Assembly: GCA_024137785.1 (NCBI GenBank)
Contig: JAHRHZ010000019.1
Span: 28,924,293 to 28,988,292, forward strand
Source: Ginglymostoma cirratum
Lineage: Eukaryota
Reading direction: 5' to 3'
DNA: 64,000 nt
The first letter of the stretch is position 1; each line of letters starts with the position of its first letter. The translations under genes and the position numbers were made by a program. The notes under the pieces are model-generated. The model was given only the letters and a program-made list of their open reading frames with translations. It did not search any database and was not told the DNA's origin. This document shows, in pieces, positions 23,535 through 36,175 of the stretch.

Positions 23535-24470
23535 AGGCAGTATGGTTAGTAAGTTGGAAGATGACACCAAAATTGGAGGTGTAGCAGACAGCTAAGAATG
23601 TTACCTTAGAGTACAATGGGATCTTGATCAGATGGCCCAATGGGCCAAGGAGTGGCAGATGGAGTTTAATTTGGATAAATGTGAGGTGCTGCATTTCAGA
23701 AAGGCGAATCAGAGCAGGACTTAAACACTTAATGGTAAGTTCCTGGGGAGGGTTGCTGAACAAAGAGACCTTGGAGTGCAGGTTCATAGTTCCTTGAAAG
23801 TGGCGTTGCAGGTAGATGGGATAGTAAAGAAAGCATTTAATATGCTTGTCTTTATTGGTCAGTACATTTAGTATAGTAGTTGGGAGGTCATGTTGCAGCT
23901 GTACAGGACATTGGTTAGGCTACTTTGAAATACTGCGGGCAATTCTCATCTCCCTGCTATAGGAAGGATATTGTGAAACTCGAAAGGGTTCAGAACAGAT
24001 TTACAAGAATATTGCCAGGATTGGAGTGTTTGAGCTACTGGGAGAGGCCGGGGCTATTTTCCCTGAGCATCAGAGGCTGAGGGGTGACCTTATAATGATT
24101 TATAAAATCAGGAGGGGCATGGATAGTGTGAAAAGCCAGGTCTTTTTCCCAGCGTGAGGGAGTCCAAAACTAGAGGGCATAGGTTTAAGGTGAGAGAGGA
24201 AGGATTTAAAAGGGACCTAAGGGGTAACTTTTTCACGCAGAGGATGGTGCAAGTTGGAATGAGCTGCCAGATGAAGTAGTGGAGGCTGGTACAATTACAA
24301 CATTTAAAAGGCACCTTGATAGTTACGCAAAAAGGAAGGGTTTAGAGGGATACGGGCCAAATGCTGGCAAATGGGACTAGATTTATTTAGGATATCTGGA
24401 TGGCATGGATGAGTTGGACCAAAGGATTTGTTTCTGCGCTGTATATCTCTGTGAGTCTGTGAGTCTATGC
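23535..24470 (+). mobile_element. Relatively young 5'-truncated CR1/HER1-like LINE
   Basis: DDTKIGG, WQMEFNLDKCEVLHF and FFTQRMV motifs; tail ending (ctgtgagt)n. Confidence 0.95.
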
Positions 24471-25789
24471 TTCGCAGACAGTGCAGACATATGGCCTGTG
24501 GTCACAAGTCAGCTTCATGTTGAGAGCGTGCAATCCCTTACAATCAGTAGAGATACCACATTGGTAATAGGAAACAAATAAGGCAAATTATGTACAGTCT
24601 ATGGCACCTTCTATCCAGCGACAGACTGACATGTGAAGGCATGATGTTTCTTGTATCGTTCTCTCTATAGGAAAGGAAATTAGGATATTTCTCCTATTTT
24701 GGAGAGCCTCAGTGACTTCCTTGAGAATTGATCACATACTGTAGCCTGGAAGAGATCTGCAGCATAAAGGCTAAAGTTCTCAGGTACGCGGTGTGAAGCG
24801 CATGTTGTGAGAGCAGCAAATGGCATAGTTTGGTGGTAGTCTCATTCGTGCGGCGGAGATACCTCATTCATTGCTCTGGCACATCTGGCTCTGGAGCATA
24901 ACAAATCTGAAAATGATCCTGTAATAAACACAGGAGACGATTTGACAAATTTATTTAGCACTGTCCACATTTCTGACATAGAATTCCACAAGTAATCCCA
25001 ATTCAATGTGGTGGACAGTGCAGCTCTGACTAGAAATATACATTTGCTGTCAGCTTGTTGTACTTGAAACTTGGATGTCAGTTTAGCAACCAAATAAATG
25101 ATTGATGCCATCAGATATCTCAGCCTAGAACTTTCAAACCTGTATTTTTTTTGATGCTTTCTGAAGGTAAAAGCTTTATAATATATTAAACTAACTAATG
25201 TCAGGAGTAATGAATTAATGACTACTAATTCAAATTAGTTGGATAATAATGAGATTGTTGATCACCCTAGCCTTTAGGTGTCCAGTTGGATCATGAATTC
25301 AGTTTTATATAAAACTGTCGAGTTGCAGTTCAGTCACCTCTGATAATGATGTGTTAGGAGAAGCCATACAAATTAAAACATTTTCTTTTCTACCAGTTTT
25401 TACACGTCCTGCTCATGAATTCTCTTTATTCTTTGAAGCAGGATTAACCTGGTCATCATTTACATGTTTAAACATTATACGAATGCAGAGTCGATTGCAT
25501 TAGTGCCTAATCTACTATGTAACTTAGTTATTAGTCAAGAAGTAAAGACCTTCAGCATGCTTGTTGTGAGATTTGGGGTTATGTCTCAGTCATCCTTGAT
25601 CCCATTTATAGAAGTATTTAAATTAGTTTCAGTCTGCTAGTTTAGGAATCACTGAATCTCTCACAATTTTCTTATATAAGCTGGGTACCTTACGATCTGA
25701 ACGCATTGAATTAGACTGACACTCCAAAATGCAACAGTAGTCGATTAGTTTTTAGGTCTCTCTCCCTACATTTGCGCACATGGCAACAC

Positions 25790-25870
25790 ATCAAAAGTCA
25801 TCTGTTGCACTGCACTTAAGAGCATCCTGAGGATGTGAAAGGTGATATAAAAATGCAAGCCATGTTTTTC
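25790..25870 (+). mobile_element. SacSINE1/L2-type tail remnant
   Basis: catcctgaggatgtgaaaggtgatataaaaatgcaag. Confidence 0.55.
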
Positions 25871-28039
25871 CTTCAATTTCAGCATGTTGTGTCTATGATT
25901 CTTTCTGATGTAGGAGTGGCCAAGTTACTTTGTAAGTTCCAAATAAGAAATGTTTGAAATAAATTCAACTTTCTGACCCAGTACTGAATGAACAGCATTC
26001 AGGCCTCTGGCGTGAAAACCGGTCAGTCCATTAAGACCCAAAATTGCTAGTGTTCAATGTAACTCATGGTTTTAAATTCCATTTATAATGATGCCTTCAT
26101 TTGTTTTTCTGATTTACTATTGTCCTTAGTTCCTTTGAGCCCCTTACATTTAGGAAATGTTCTTACGCACATGGAAAGTTTTATTCAATAATTGTAACTT
26201 CCTTTCTTCTGCTGTATTCAAGGAACACAAGCAGGAAGTGAGCAAATTTCTTTCAAAACAGGAATGAGGAAGATCAACAGTTTCGCTGGTGAAAGTTATG
26301 CAGAAGCAGGAAAATATCAGCAAATCAGTTCAGTTTGCAAAGTAAAAATAGCAGGAGTGGGACAAGTATGTTACAAATTAACCCTGATGTTACTGAAATC
26401 CAATTATTCTTTCAAGGGCTGAAAAGATTCAAATAAAAATGTTAAGTCGCATTTAAATTTGGGGTCAAGATTGTTAAAAATGCCTTTAATCTTCAGCCAC
26501 AGTTGGAGGAATGTTGGTATTGGAATAATATAGACAATTTAGAGTTGGTTTTAGTTTATGTAACATTCTTCCATAGCTGAGTTGATTCATTTCCATAAAG
26601 CCAGTACCATTAATGTTTTTAATACAGTTGACAAGTTTGAGACTAGTGAAAGCTTACATCAGTGAAGATGGCTCTATGGTAACTCTTTGTTCTTCTTGCA
26701 ATTGTCAACTGTTACAATAATCGTCATGGCATACATTCCTGAGACTGCTGTCAAGAGAAAGATTCCACTCACCTCTTGAGTTGTAATTTCGGTTTAATAC
26801 AATTTTAGAATTACATTGACAATCATTTTGTTCACAAATAGAATAGTACCCTGCTTTGATTCATAAGATCAAATTCTTCTCAGCTAAATGCATATTTCAA
26901 CCAAATATAGAATTTTAAATTCTCTAATTCAACAAGGCAGTCAAAACGTTTCCATATATGAGACTATTATCAAAATGAAAGCACAAGGCATTAGAAGCAA
27001 CCTATAGCTATAGCAGGAAGTTGGTTAAGATGTAAGAGAGAGTGCGAGAATGGATTTGTACTCCAGTTGGCTGGGTATGATTAGTGATAACTTGCACTGG
27101 GAACTCAACTTTTGCTGATATTTCAGCTGACATCATTGATCAAAATATAGGATGTCATTCCATATTATCTGTATGGAGAAGCAGATGATGACATCAAAAG
27201 CACAACTTCTTTGACTGTCTCATCTCATCTAAAGTAATAATCGTAAAAGCTTGCATTGCCTTTCAGATATGTGACAACAATTCCCAGCTCATGCTTTCAG
27301 AATAGCTTGTTCACCTAGGCCTTAATGGTTCGTTGTCAAGTAAAGGCACCCGTTTGATGACAACATTCATCATGTTACGGGACAGTATTTTGGTTTTAAG
27401 ATATCTACATGCATGCTCGGGTAAACAGAAGCCTGCCTTGCATGAGTAACCAATTTCTAACAGCTTGTGACTGTGTTAAGGGAGGGGAACTTGTTAAAGT
27501 GAGATAACGTGTCATGACAGTTATTATTCTATCAAAACACAGATTAAAAAACTAGTGCATAATTAATAAAACACGATTGCAAAACACCACTACTTTTTCT
27601 TTAATTTCTTCACTCATCTTTTCTTGATCTCCTGGTTTAATTGCCTTCTGTACAGCACCTCTCTTATCCTGGAACTTTGGCAAAGTATATTCCCTCAGTA
27701 ATATTCAGCACTTTATTTTTGTCTTTCCTTTTCTTTTACGGTGAAGCAACTATTTTCGACTTAGCTGCCATTCTACGACAGGGATGAGGAGAGTTGGGGG
27801 GTTGTGGGAGCAGTGCATAGTGATGGGAGGAGGTGGTGGCCGGGGTGGTAGTGGGATGGTGGGATTTGGCGAATTCAGGAAACAATGCCTCACTATAACA
27901 TTCTCGGTTGCTGCTCTGACACACCCTGCATGTCCAAAATTAAGTTTAATGAAAGGGATAAAACTAGAATCTTAATCCATCTGTTATGATTTTTGATAGA
28001 CAGAAAGAAAATTCTGCTCCATTGTCTTCCTGGTTTTTG

Positions 28040-28400
28040 ACAAAAACACAGCGCAGCACAGAAGGGTGATAAGCTCCTGAATGATGTAGGTACCTTGCCA
28101 AAGTAATCTGATATAGAGTAGTTAAAGGACAATGCACCCGACTATTTAGCCTTGCTGAGGGTGTCATTACCTCACCTGATAATGTGCAATTGACACCAAA
28201 GTATTATTGAATTGTACTATTAATTTACATATTAATTTACACATTAAAGAAAACTGGAAGCAAGGTGTGAAATTGTAATCAATGTTTAAAATAACCTGTC
28301 ATTGTAAATGATTGATGCAAACCCTCAATACAAAGTCTTTGCTTCTTGTCGGTTTTGTACAGAATGCAAAGTAATTGGATATTTTAATCTGTTACATCAT
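28040..28400. promoter_or_regulatory. Candidate conserved developmental enhancer
   Basis: No recognisable repeat; T-box AGGTGTGAAA 28263, Meis CTGTCA 28296, Pbx-Hox TGATTGAT 28309, many TAAT cores. Confidence 0.5.
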
Positions 28401-28803
28401 GTCTGACCACTTATGCCCTAGAGGGTGAGTGGGAAGACTGGGTATAATAGTATTGCTTTTTCTGACTATTTCTATTCTCTCCTGAGGTTCTTCCCCGTGG
28501 TGGTATAGTTCCATGAATATTGGCTGCCTTTTTACAGCTGGCCAAAGTCAGTTCAAACAGACTTCTTAAAGAGTACAACCATGCATGAATTTAAAAAAAA
28601 GATACTTTTCAGTTATAACTATTTTTAACATAATTTCAGTTTGATTGATCTTTATTCATTGTAAACAGGGCGTGCTGATGTTGAGAAGTGATATGAAAAT
28701 GTCATTGAATCCAATGCATGAGAAGTGAATTAATATAGCCACGGCCGTTAACCCGAAATGCTTTGCAATCCTCTCAGTTGGACCCTGTGTTTTAATTCAG
28801 AAG

Positions 28804-29418
28804 CAGATAGCATGTCTCAAATCCGGCACTCCAAAAACTGGAATTGTCCAAAAAGTAGACAGTGGTCTTCTGGGCAGTGCTCCTGGAACAGAGTAAGCGT
28901 GGAAACGAAGGGACCATTGTTAGATTGACCCCAGAGAGATGGATTTGATGAAGGTTGTGCACATACAGGACCTGTATCCATTCCAGCACTTTAAGATATG
29001 GTTCCCCAAACCATCCTTACTTTTCAACACTAAACTGTTCTTTTCCACTGATGGGAATATTCAGGTTGTAACATTTCTAGCCACTTGTGAGGAGAAGATT
29101 TTAAATCAGCTGTTTCTGTCCAGGCAAATGCTCTTTTCTTAAAGGAATCACTAAACTGGAAGAGTTCTTAAATGTTTACCTTATCAAAACTTTTAAATCT
29201 TCAATGTTTCTGACCATAATGATTGAGGACGTTTTGTACGCAAGCATTCCTTGTTCCATGAACCACAGCTGAGTTATTTATACTGACATTAATGATCAAT
29301 ACAGAATGTGCTATAGAGACAGCCTGTGTGAAGGAATTGATAACAAAATCTCTGGGAAAATGCAAAATTGGGCAAAGCCTTGGGTCCTAAGATTTCTGGA
29401 TTTGGGACACTGTACCTG
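28804..29418. mobile_element. Tigger/pogo-like non-autonomous DNA transposon (MITE)
   Basis: Left end cagatagcatgtctcaaatccgg vs right-end reverse complement caggtacagtgtcccaaatccag; TA follows the right end. Confidence 0.65.
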
Positions 29419-29719
29419 TATCACTTTTCCAAGAAATTGACCCATTATTTCCCTTGAAGCAAACAGAGTGACTTGGTCTGAGGCAGTAATTTCTGTATCT
29501 TACACAAAATATAGGACAAGGGAAGACATCTTGTATACCATGCTGATTCTCCCATCACAGCATTGAACAGTGTTTCAGATGACTCCAAAGTTTGTAAAGG
29601 TTGACACATCTCCGTAGAAGGGTTTCTTGATGCTCCAGTGACCCAAAGTAAAAATGTTTTCTTTATTGTGTTCTTACTAAATTATAATCCATCTTTTGTG
29701 TGACTGCTTTGGATTTAGT

Positions 29720-29930
29720 AAAGTTAAAGTTACCATGGTCTTACCGTAGCATAGGGCTGCTCTCCCATTAGAGAGAGAGATGACTGGTGGTGGTTTAACT
29801 TGAGGGTCACACCTCAGGTGAAGGGGAAGGTTAAGAAGGAGAGTCTTGCATGATAACATCAGCTGCTGTGGGAATTGAACCCACACTGTTGGTATCACTC
29901 TGCATCACAAACCAGCCATCTAACTTAAAC
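29720..29930 (-). mobile_element. Short tRNA-derived SINE
   Basis: Reverse complement has B box gggttcaattccc and a (ctttaa)n-like tail. Confidence 0.7.
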
Positions 29931-31104
29931 CGACCTCCTTTGGGGTGGATTTGATTCTTGTTAATTTTAATCTAATTACATCACAGAGATGCCTCAGGAC
30001 CTTTCCTACCCTGATGGTGCCACATAAATGCAAGCTACTGATTTCATTTTTTTTGGCAATATAAACAATAATTTGAAAATAATAATAAAAATGTTCCCTG
30101 TTGTATGTAAAACAGATAGAACTCACATACAGATTTCCAGCAGCTTTGAACTTTAATTTGAAGCAAACAATCTATTTCTGAAAATGCAAGAAGTCCACCA
30201 ATCTGATGGCAGAGAAATACAATAACTCTGTGAAATATTGGTTGCTGTTACAACCCAGTATTGTATAACATAGAAATTAGTTGTTAGTGATGTTGATGGA
30301 AGAATGTTTAAATATATATGAATGCTTCTTTACATGTATCACAAACAATGATGTCTAGGTTTATATTGTTCATAGTCTGTTTTCCATGTAAGGCAACATT
30401 TACAACTAATTAGCATTAACTAAATGAATGTGAATTTGATTTTGGTAGTTCAGGGAACAGGTACAAAAAACTCTTCAGCTGTCAGGACCAGAAACCATTA
30501 AGTGGAAGCAGAAGTAAGCCATTCGGCCCATCGGGTCTGTGCCACGATTCTATAAACCACAGGTGATCTGATAATCTACCACAGCATTTTCCTACTTTAT
30601 CCCCAAAATCTTGATTCCCTTACTGATTAAATCTGTTTATCTTTGCCTTGAGTGTATTAAATGACCTAGCCATTAAGAGAGATGAAATTCCTCCTCAACT
30701 CTATTTTAAATGTATGACCCTTTATGCTGAGATTAAGCCCTCGGACTCTAGATTCTATCACAAGGAAAATCAATTTCTTAGTATCTATGCTGTTAAGCTG
30801 CTAAGAATTTTATATGTTTTAATAAGGTTGCCTCTCATTCTTCTACACTGTAATGAGTACAGATGCATCCTACTCGACCTCTCTTCACAAGAAAATCCTT
30901 CCATGCCTGGGATGAAACTAGTGAACCTTTGTTAGACTGTCTCTACGTGTATATTTCCTTACATAAGAGGACCAAAACTATTCATAGTATTCCACGTGTG
31001 CTTTAACTAGTACCTTGTATACTTTCAGCAAGGCTTCCCTGTTTATATATTTCATTCCCTTCAAAATAATTTCATTTATAATCCCTGTCATCTGCTAAAC
31101 ATGG

Positions 31105-31690
31105 TCAGAGACTAGGAATACTGGAGTGAGGAATTCACCTCCTGACTCCCCAAAGCCTGTTTGTCATCTACAAGGCACGAGTAAGGACTGTGATGGAATA
31201 CTCTCCGCTTGCCTGGATGAGTGCAGCCCCAACAACACTCAGGAGGCTTAACACCATTAGAACAAAGTAGCCTGCCTGATTGGCACAACATCCACAAGAA
31301 CCACTGCCTCCACAACTGATGCTCGGTAACAGTGTGTACTATCTACAAAATGCACTGTAGAAATTTACCAAAGATCCTCAGACAGCACCTTCCAAACCCA
31401 CGACCACTTCCACCTAGAAGGACAAGGGTATCAGACATCTGGGAACACCAACACCTCTAAGTTCCCCTCCAAGTCACTCACCATCCTGACTTGGAAATAT
31501 ATTGCTGTTCCTTCACTGCTGCTGGGTCAAAATGCTGGAATCCCCTCCCTAATTGAATTGTAGGTCTAGCCACAGCAAGTGGACTACAGCGGTTCAAGAA
31601 GGCAGCTCACTATTACCTTCCCAAGGGCAACTAGGGATGGGCAATAAATGCTACCTAGCCAGCGATGCCCACATCCCACATAAAAAAGCT
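31105..31690 (+). mobile_element. LINE family B 3' portion (second CR1-group RT family)
   Basis: HLLTPQSLFVIYKARVRTVMEYSPLAWMSAAPTTL; tail gatgcccacatcccacataaaaaa. Confidence 0.85.
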
Positions 31691-32511
31691 TTTTGTGAAT
31701 TGAGCATGAAAACCTCCAAATCCCTGTGCATTTCTCCTTTGTACTGTCATTCTCCATTTAAATAATATCCAGCTCCCTTATTCTTCCTAACAAAGTGCAT
31801 TTCTTCGTATTTTTCCACGTTATATTCCATCTGCCAAGATATTGTCAACTCATTTAACCTGTCTGTATGTGTCTGCAGACTCTTTTTGTTGTCCTCACCA
31901 CTCGGCCTCCCATCTACTTTTGCGTCATTCTTAAAATTGGCAATAGAATATTCATTCCCTCATCCAAATCATTAACATACAGTAAGTATCTGATCACTAT
32001 GGAACTCCACAAGATATAAATTGCCAATCTGAAAATCTGTATATATTCCATTAATTTGCCAATCTTCTATCCATGCTAATATGTTACACACAACTGCATG
32101 GGCTCTTCTCTAAGTAAGTAGCCTTATGCACAGTACCTTGCCAACTGCTTTTTGGAAATCCAAGTATATTACATCTACGGTTCCCTTTTATCTATCTGGC
32201 TTGTTACCTCCTCAATGAATTCCAATAAATTTGGTAGGCATGACTTTTCCTTAATGAAGCTATGCTGCCTCTGCTCAATTATGTTATGAATTCCTAATTT
32301 TTCTGCTATTACATCCTTTATAAAGTACTGTAACATATTCCCAATGACAGATGTTAACTGGCCTTTGGTTGCCTAGTTTTTGTCTTCCTCCCTTTTTGGA
32401 TAAAATTGTTACAGTGGCAGTTTTCCAATCCTCTGACATTTTTCCAGAATCTAAGCATTCTTGGAATATTGTTAACAGTAGATGCTTCCTTTAATATCTT
32501 AGGATATAGAC

Positions 32512-33706
32512 AAACAGACAAGTTGGCAGAGTGGGCAGACAGGTGATAGATGAAGTTCGTTGTGGAGAGGTGTGAGTTATGTACAAGAAACAAAGAACAT
32601 GGAGAGAGGGTATAAAATAAAGAGGACTATTCTAAATGGTGTGCAAGACTAATAAGATCTGGATGTGTACGTAAGTCATTAACAGTGGCGGTACAGGGAG
32701 AGACAGATGTTAATAAAACATGCCTTTTAATAGGGGCAAAGAGTACAAGAGCAGGGAGGTTATGTTGAACCCGTATAGCACACTGTTTAGACCTCAGTTG
32801 GAATATTGCATACAGTTCATAGAATTCCTACAGTGCAGGAAGAGGCCATTCAGCCCATTGAGTCTACAGCAACCGTCTGAAGGACATCCCACCCAGACCC
32901 AGCCCCAGCCCCCTATGCTATCCTATCCCTGTAACCCCTCATTTACCATGGCTAAACCACCTGGGCACTACAGACAATTTAGCATGGCCAATTCACCTAA
33001 CCTGTACATCTTTGGACTGTGGGAGGAAACCAGAGCATGTGAAGGAAACCCATGCAGACAAGGGGATGGGAGAAAGGAAATCATGCAAACTTCACACAGA
33101 CAGTCAGCTGGAATTTAAACCCAGTCCCTGGCACTATGAAGCAGCAGAGCTAACCACTGAGCTACCATGCTGCCCTTATTTTATGGGCACAACATGACAG
33201 TTCTGGGCGCAACATTTTAGGAAGGCTATAAAACGCATTGGAGAGAGTGCAGAAGAGATTTATAAGAATAGTTCCAGGGATAGGAAATTTCAGTTGTGAG
33301 GAATATTTGAAGAAATCGGTACTGTTTTCATCAGAGTGGAGAATGCTGAGGAGATGTTTGCTACAAGTTTCCAGAATCATGAGAGAGTTTGAGCACAGCA
33401 GATCGAGACAAATTGTTCTCAACTGTAAAGAGTTGAGAACCAGCCAGCATTGTTTAAAATGTTTTGCAAAAGAAGCAACTGCAGGGAAGGGAAGAAAAGA
33501 ACTTTCACAATGCCAGCGATCAGGGTTTGGAATGCACTGTCTGGAAGTTTGGTAGAGGCAGGTTATGAAGCACTTGAGTACATTGAAACTGAAACAATGT
33601 GCAAAAGGCAGGAATTTAGCATGAAGTCAAAATGTTCAGACAGCTGATGTAGACATGATGAGCTGAAAGGCCTTCTTCAGCACTTTAACAATTCTGTGAT
33701 TCTGTG
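32512..33706 (+). mobile_element. CR1 3' portion inserted antisense into the older CR1
   Basis: EYKSREVML..RPQLEYCIQF and ERVQKRFIRIVPG; TSD-like aggatata(g/a)ac at 32501 and 33707. Confidence 0.85.
32819..33196 (-). mobile_element. HE1-type V-SINE with a 7-bp TSD
   Basis: Colinear with 5935-6281; acagttc at 32812-32818 and 33197-33203. Confidence 0.88.
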
Positions 33707-33844
33707 AGGATATAAACCATTCAGGTCTAGGGGTCTTATCAGTAAGTTTTCCTAATGCTTTCTATCTGGTGATAATTATTGGATTCATTGTCCTCCACAT
33801 CCACATTTTTGTTCCTTGATTATTCAGTGTTTTTGGGATTTCTT

Positions 33845-34195
33845 TTATTAATTCACAGGATGAATGGTTTCTATGGCTAGGCCAGCATTTATTGCACATC
33901 ACTAAATGACCAGAGGGCAGTTAAGATTCAACCACATTGCTGGAGTCTGGAGTCACATGTAGGCCAAGACAGGTAAAGGTGACAGTTTCCTTCCCTAAAG
34001 GACATTCGTGAACCAGGTGGGTTTTTCCCAACAATTGACAATGGTTTCATGATCGTTATTAGACGCATAATTCTACATTTTTGTGGAATTCAATTCTACC
34101 ATCTACCATGGCAGGATTTGAATCCAGGTCTCCAGGACATTACCTGGGTCTCTGGAATAATAACCTAGTAATAATACCACAAGGCTATTGCCTCC
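33845..34195 (-). mobile_element. tRNA SINE with family-B tail
   Basis: ggccagcatttattgc...gtctggagtcacatgtaggcc...ggatttgaatccagg. Confidence 0.8.
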
Positions 34196-34634
34196 CATAT
34201 ATTTTCGTATTTGTGAAGACTGGTGGAAATGATTTATTCAACTTTTGTGCCATTTTCTGGTTCACCATTATCATTTACCTGGCTTTATTCTCTAAGGGGG
34301 CCTACCTTCACTTTAGCTTCTTTTCTATTTTACAGATTTTTAGATACTATTACAATCCTTTTTGTATTACTTGTTAGTTTATTCCCAAAGTTTATTTTCT
34401 TACACTTTTGTTATTATTTTGGTCACGTTTTGTTGATTTTTAAAACTTTCATAATCCTTTGGTTTACCACTAAATTTTGCCATACTGTATGGTTTTCTTT
34501 CAATTCATTACTTAGCTTTCTTGGTTAACCATAGTTGGTTTTTCCCCTTCCAAGAGTCCTTCTTACTCACCGGGATATGTCTTTGTTTTGAGTCATGAGC
34601 TTCTTTTTAAACATCTCCCACTGTTCATCAACAT

Positions 34635-36175
34635 CTGCCACTGGTCTGGCAACATCTGTGAAGAGAGAAACTGAATGAACATTTTGAGTCCGGTATGACT
34701 TTTCTTCCAAGCTGAAACTGGCTGGAAAATAGTGCGTTTTATGCTTTTGACACAGCGGGAGGAGGAGTGAGTGGAACAGATGGTAAGGATGCCCACAACA
34801 AAAGGTAGTGCTAAGAGAGATAGAAACTTAAAAGAAAATGATAGGAGTGGAAAGAGTGCAAAACCAGTAAGGCACAAGAAAGGCATGGTTAGGGAATGGG
34901 GCTGGGGGTGCGGACTTAATCAAAATTGATGTCAGAATTAATGCTTGAAGTAGTTTAACTCAATGTCCTAGAGGCTATAAACTGGCTTAATGTAAAATAA
35001 GGTGTTGTTTCTCCAGAGATTACACAGTGTGGAGCTGGAGGAGCACAGCCAGGCCAGGCCAGGCAGCATCAGAGGAGCAGGAAAGTTAGTGTTTCGGGTT
35101 TGGATCGTTCTTTAGAAATGATTTCTGAAGAAGGGTTCTGACCTGAAATGTCAACTTTCCTGCTGTTCTGATGCTGCCTAGCCTGCTGTGCTCCTCCAGC
35201 TCCACACTGTGTTATCTCTGACTCCAACATCGGCAGTTCTTACTATCCCTGTTGTTTGTCCAGCTTGCATTGAGCTTCATTGGAATACTGCTACAGCCCC
35301 AGGATGGAAATGTTAGCATGGGAACAAGTTGGTAACAGGAAGATTATTCTTATGGACGGAGCAGAGAGTGTTCTGTAAAAACAGTCGTCCGGTATAGTCT
35401 TGACAACGTAGAGGAGACCACATTGTATCAGTGTATACTGTAGATTAGATTGGAAGAATTACAAATGAAACAGCACTTCATTTAGAAGATGTGAACCTTG
35501 GACAGTGAGGAGAAAAGAGATAAAAGGGAAGTTGTTAGTCTTCTGTGATTGCATAAGAAGGTTCCATGGATGTTGGAGAAAAGTAAGGAGTGATGGAAGA
35601 GTGGAGCGGGATGCAGAGAGGGCATGGTCCCTATGGGGTATTGACAGTGGTTGGGAAGGAAAGATGTGTTGGTGGTTGGCACTCTGTTGGAGGTGGCAGA
35701 AATGATGGAAGATGATTCTTTGAATGTGAAAATCTTGAATCTGAAAACTAGTGAGGTGGCAATTGAGGGGAAAGGGAAACCCTATCATTGCTCTGGCCAA
35801 GATGGAGCCGGAAATGCAGGTTCTAACTGGATACATCTGATGGTCCAGTCAATCATGATGGGGAGAGTGGCACCCGGTGGAAGATAGCTTCATAAGAACA
35901 TGTGTAATGGAAATGGAGAAACTGGAAGGATGAAATGAGTCTTTGGGGAAGCAGGATGTGAGGAAGTGTAGTCAAGGTAACACTGGGAGTCAGTGCTTGT
36001 AATAAATAATGGTGGGCAGCATATTGCTAGAAGTGGAAACAGCAAAGGCAAGTAAAAGGGAAATATCAGCAATGGATCAGGGGAAAGTGAGTGATAGATG
36101 GAAATTGGAAGCAAAATTGATTATTTTTTCCAGTTCGAAACAAGAGCAGGAAATAGCACCAATAACATCATCAGT
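34635..36175 (-). mobile_element. Old Neptune-type PLE (RT end, GIY-YIG and terminus), interrupted
   Basis: Minus-strand HIQRIIFHHFCHLQ and GTFLCN homologous to the 36966-38172 element. Confidence 0.75.
35017..35249. mobile_element. Fold-back (palindromic) PLE-terminus mini-element with a 14-bp TSD
   Basis: Two head-to-head ~100-bp arms centred near 35120; tgttgttt(c/g)tccag at 35003-35016 and 35250-35263. Confidence 0.85.

Larger units (their letters stand above)
30490..34625 (-). mobile_element. Long decayed CR1 ORF2 carrying nested insertions
   Basis: Tail at ~30500; RT motifs at 31800-32460 (YLDFQKA, VTILSKKGGRQK); continues after 33707. Confidence 0.85.

Noticed and set aside
28800-28895. 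Apparent coding exon KQIACLKSGTPK...
   Set aside because: Coincides with the left end of the Tigger-like MITE
32720-33118. 132-aa ORF
   Set aside because: Chimera of CR1 RT and an inserted antisense HE1 SINE
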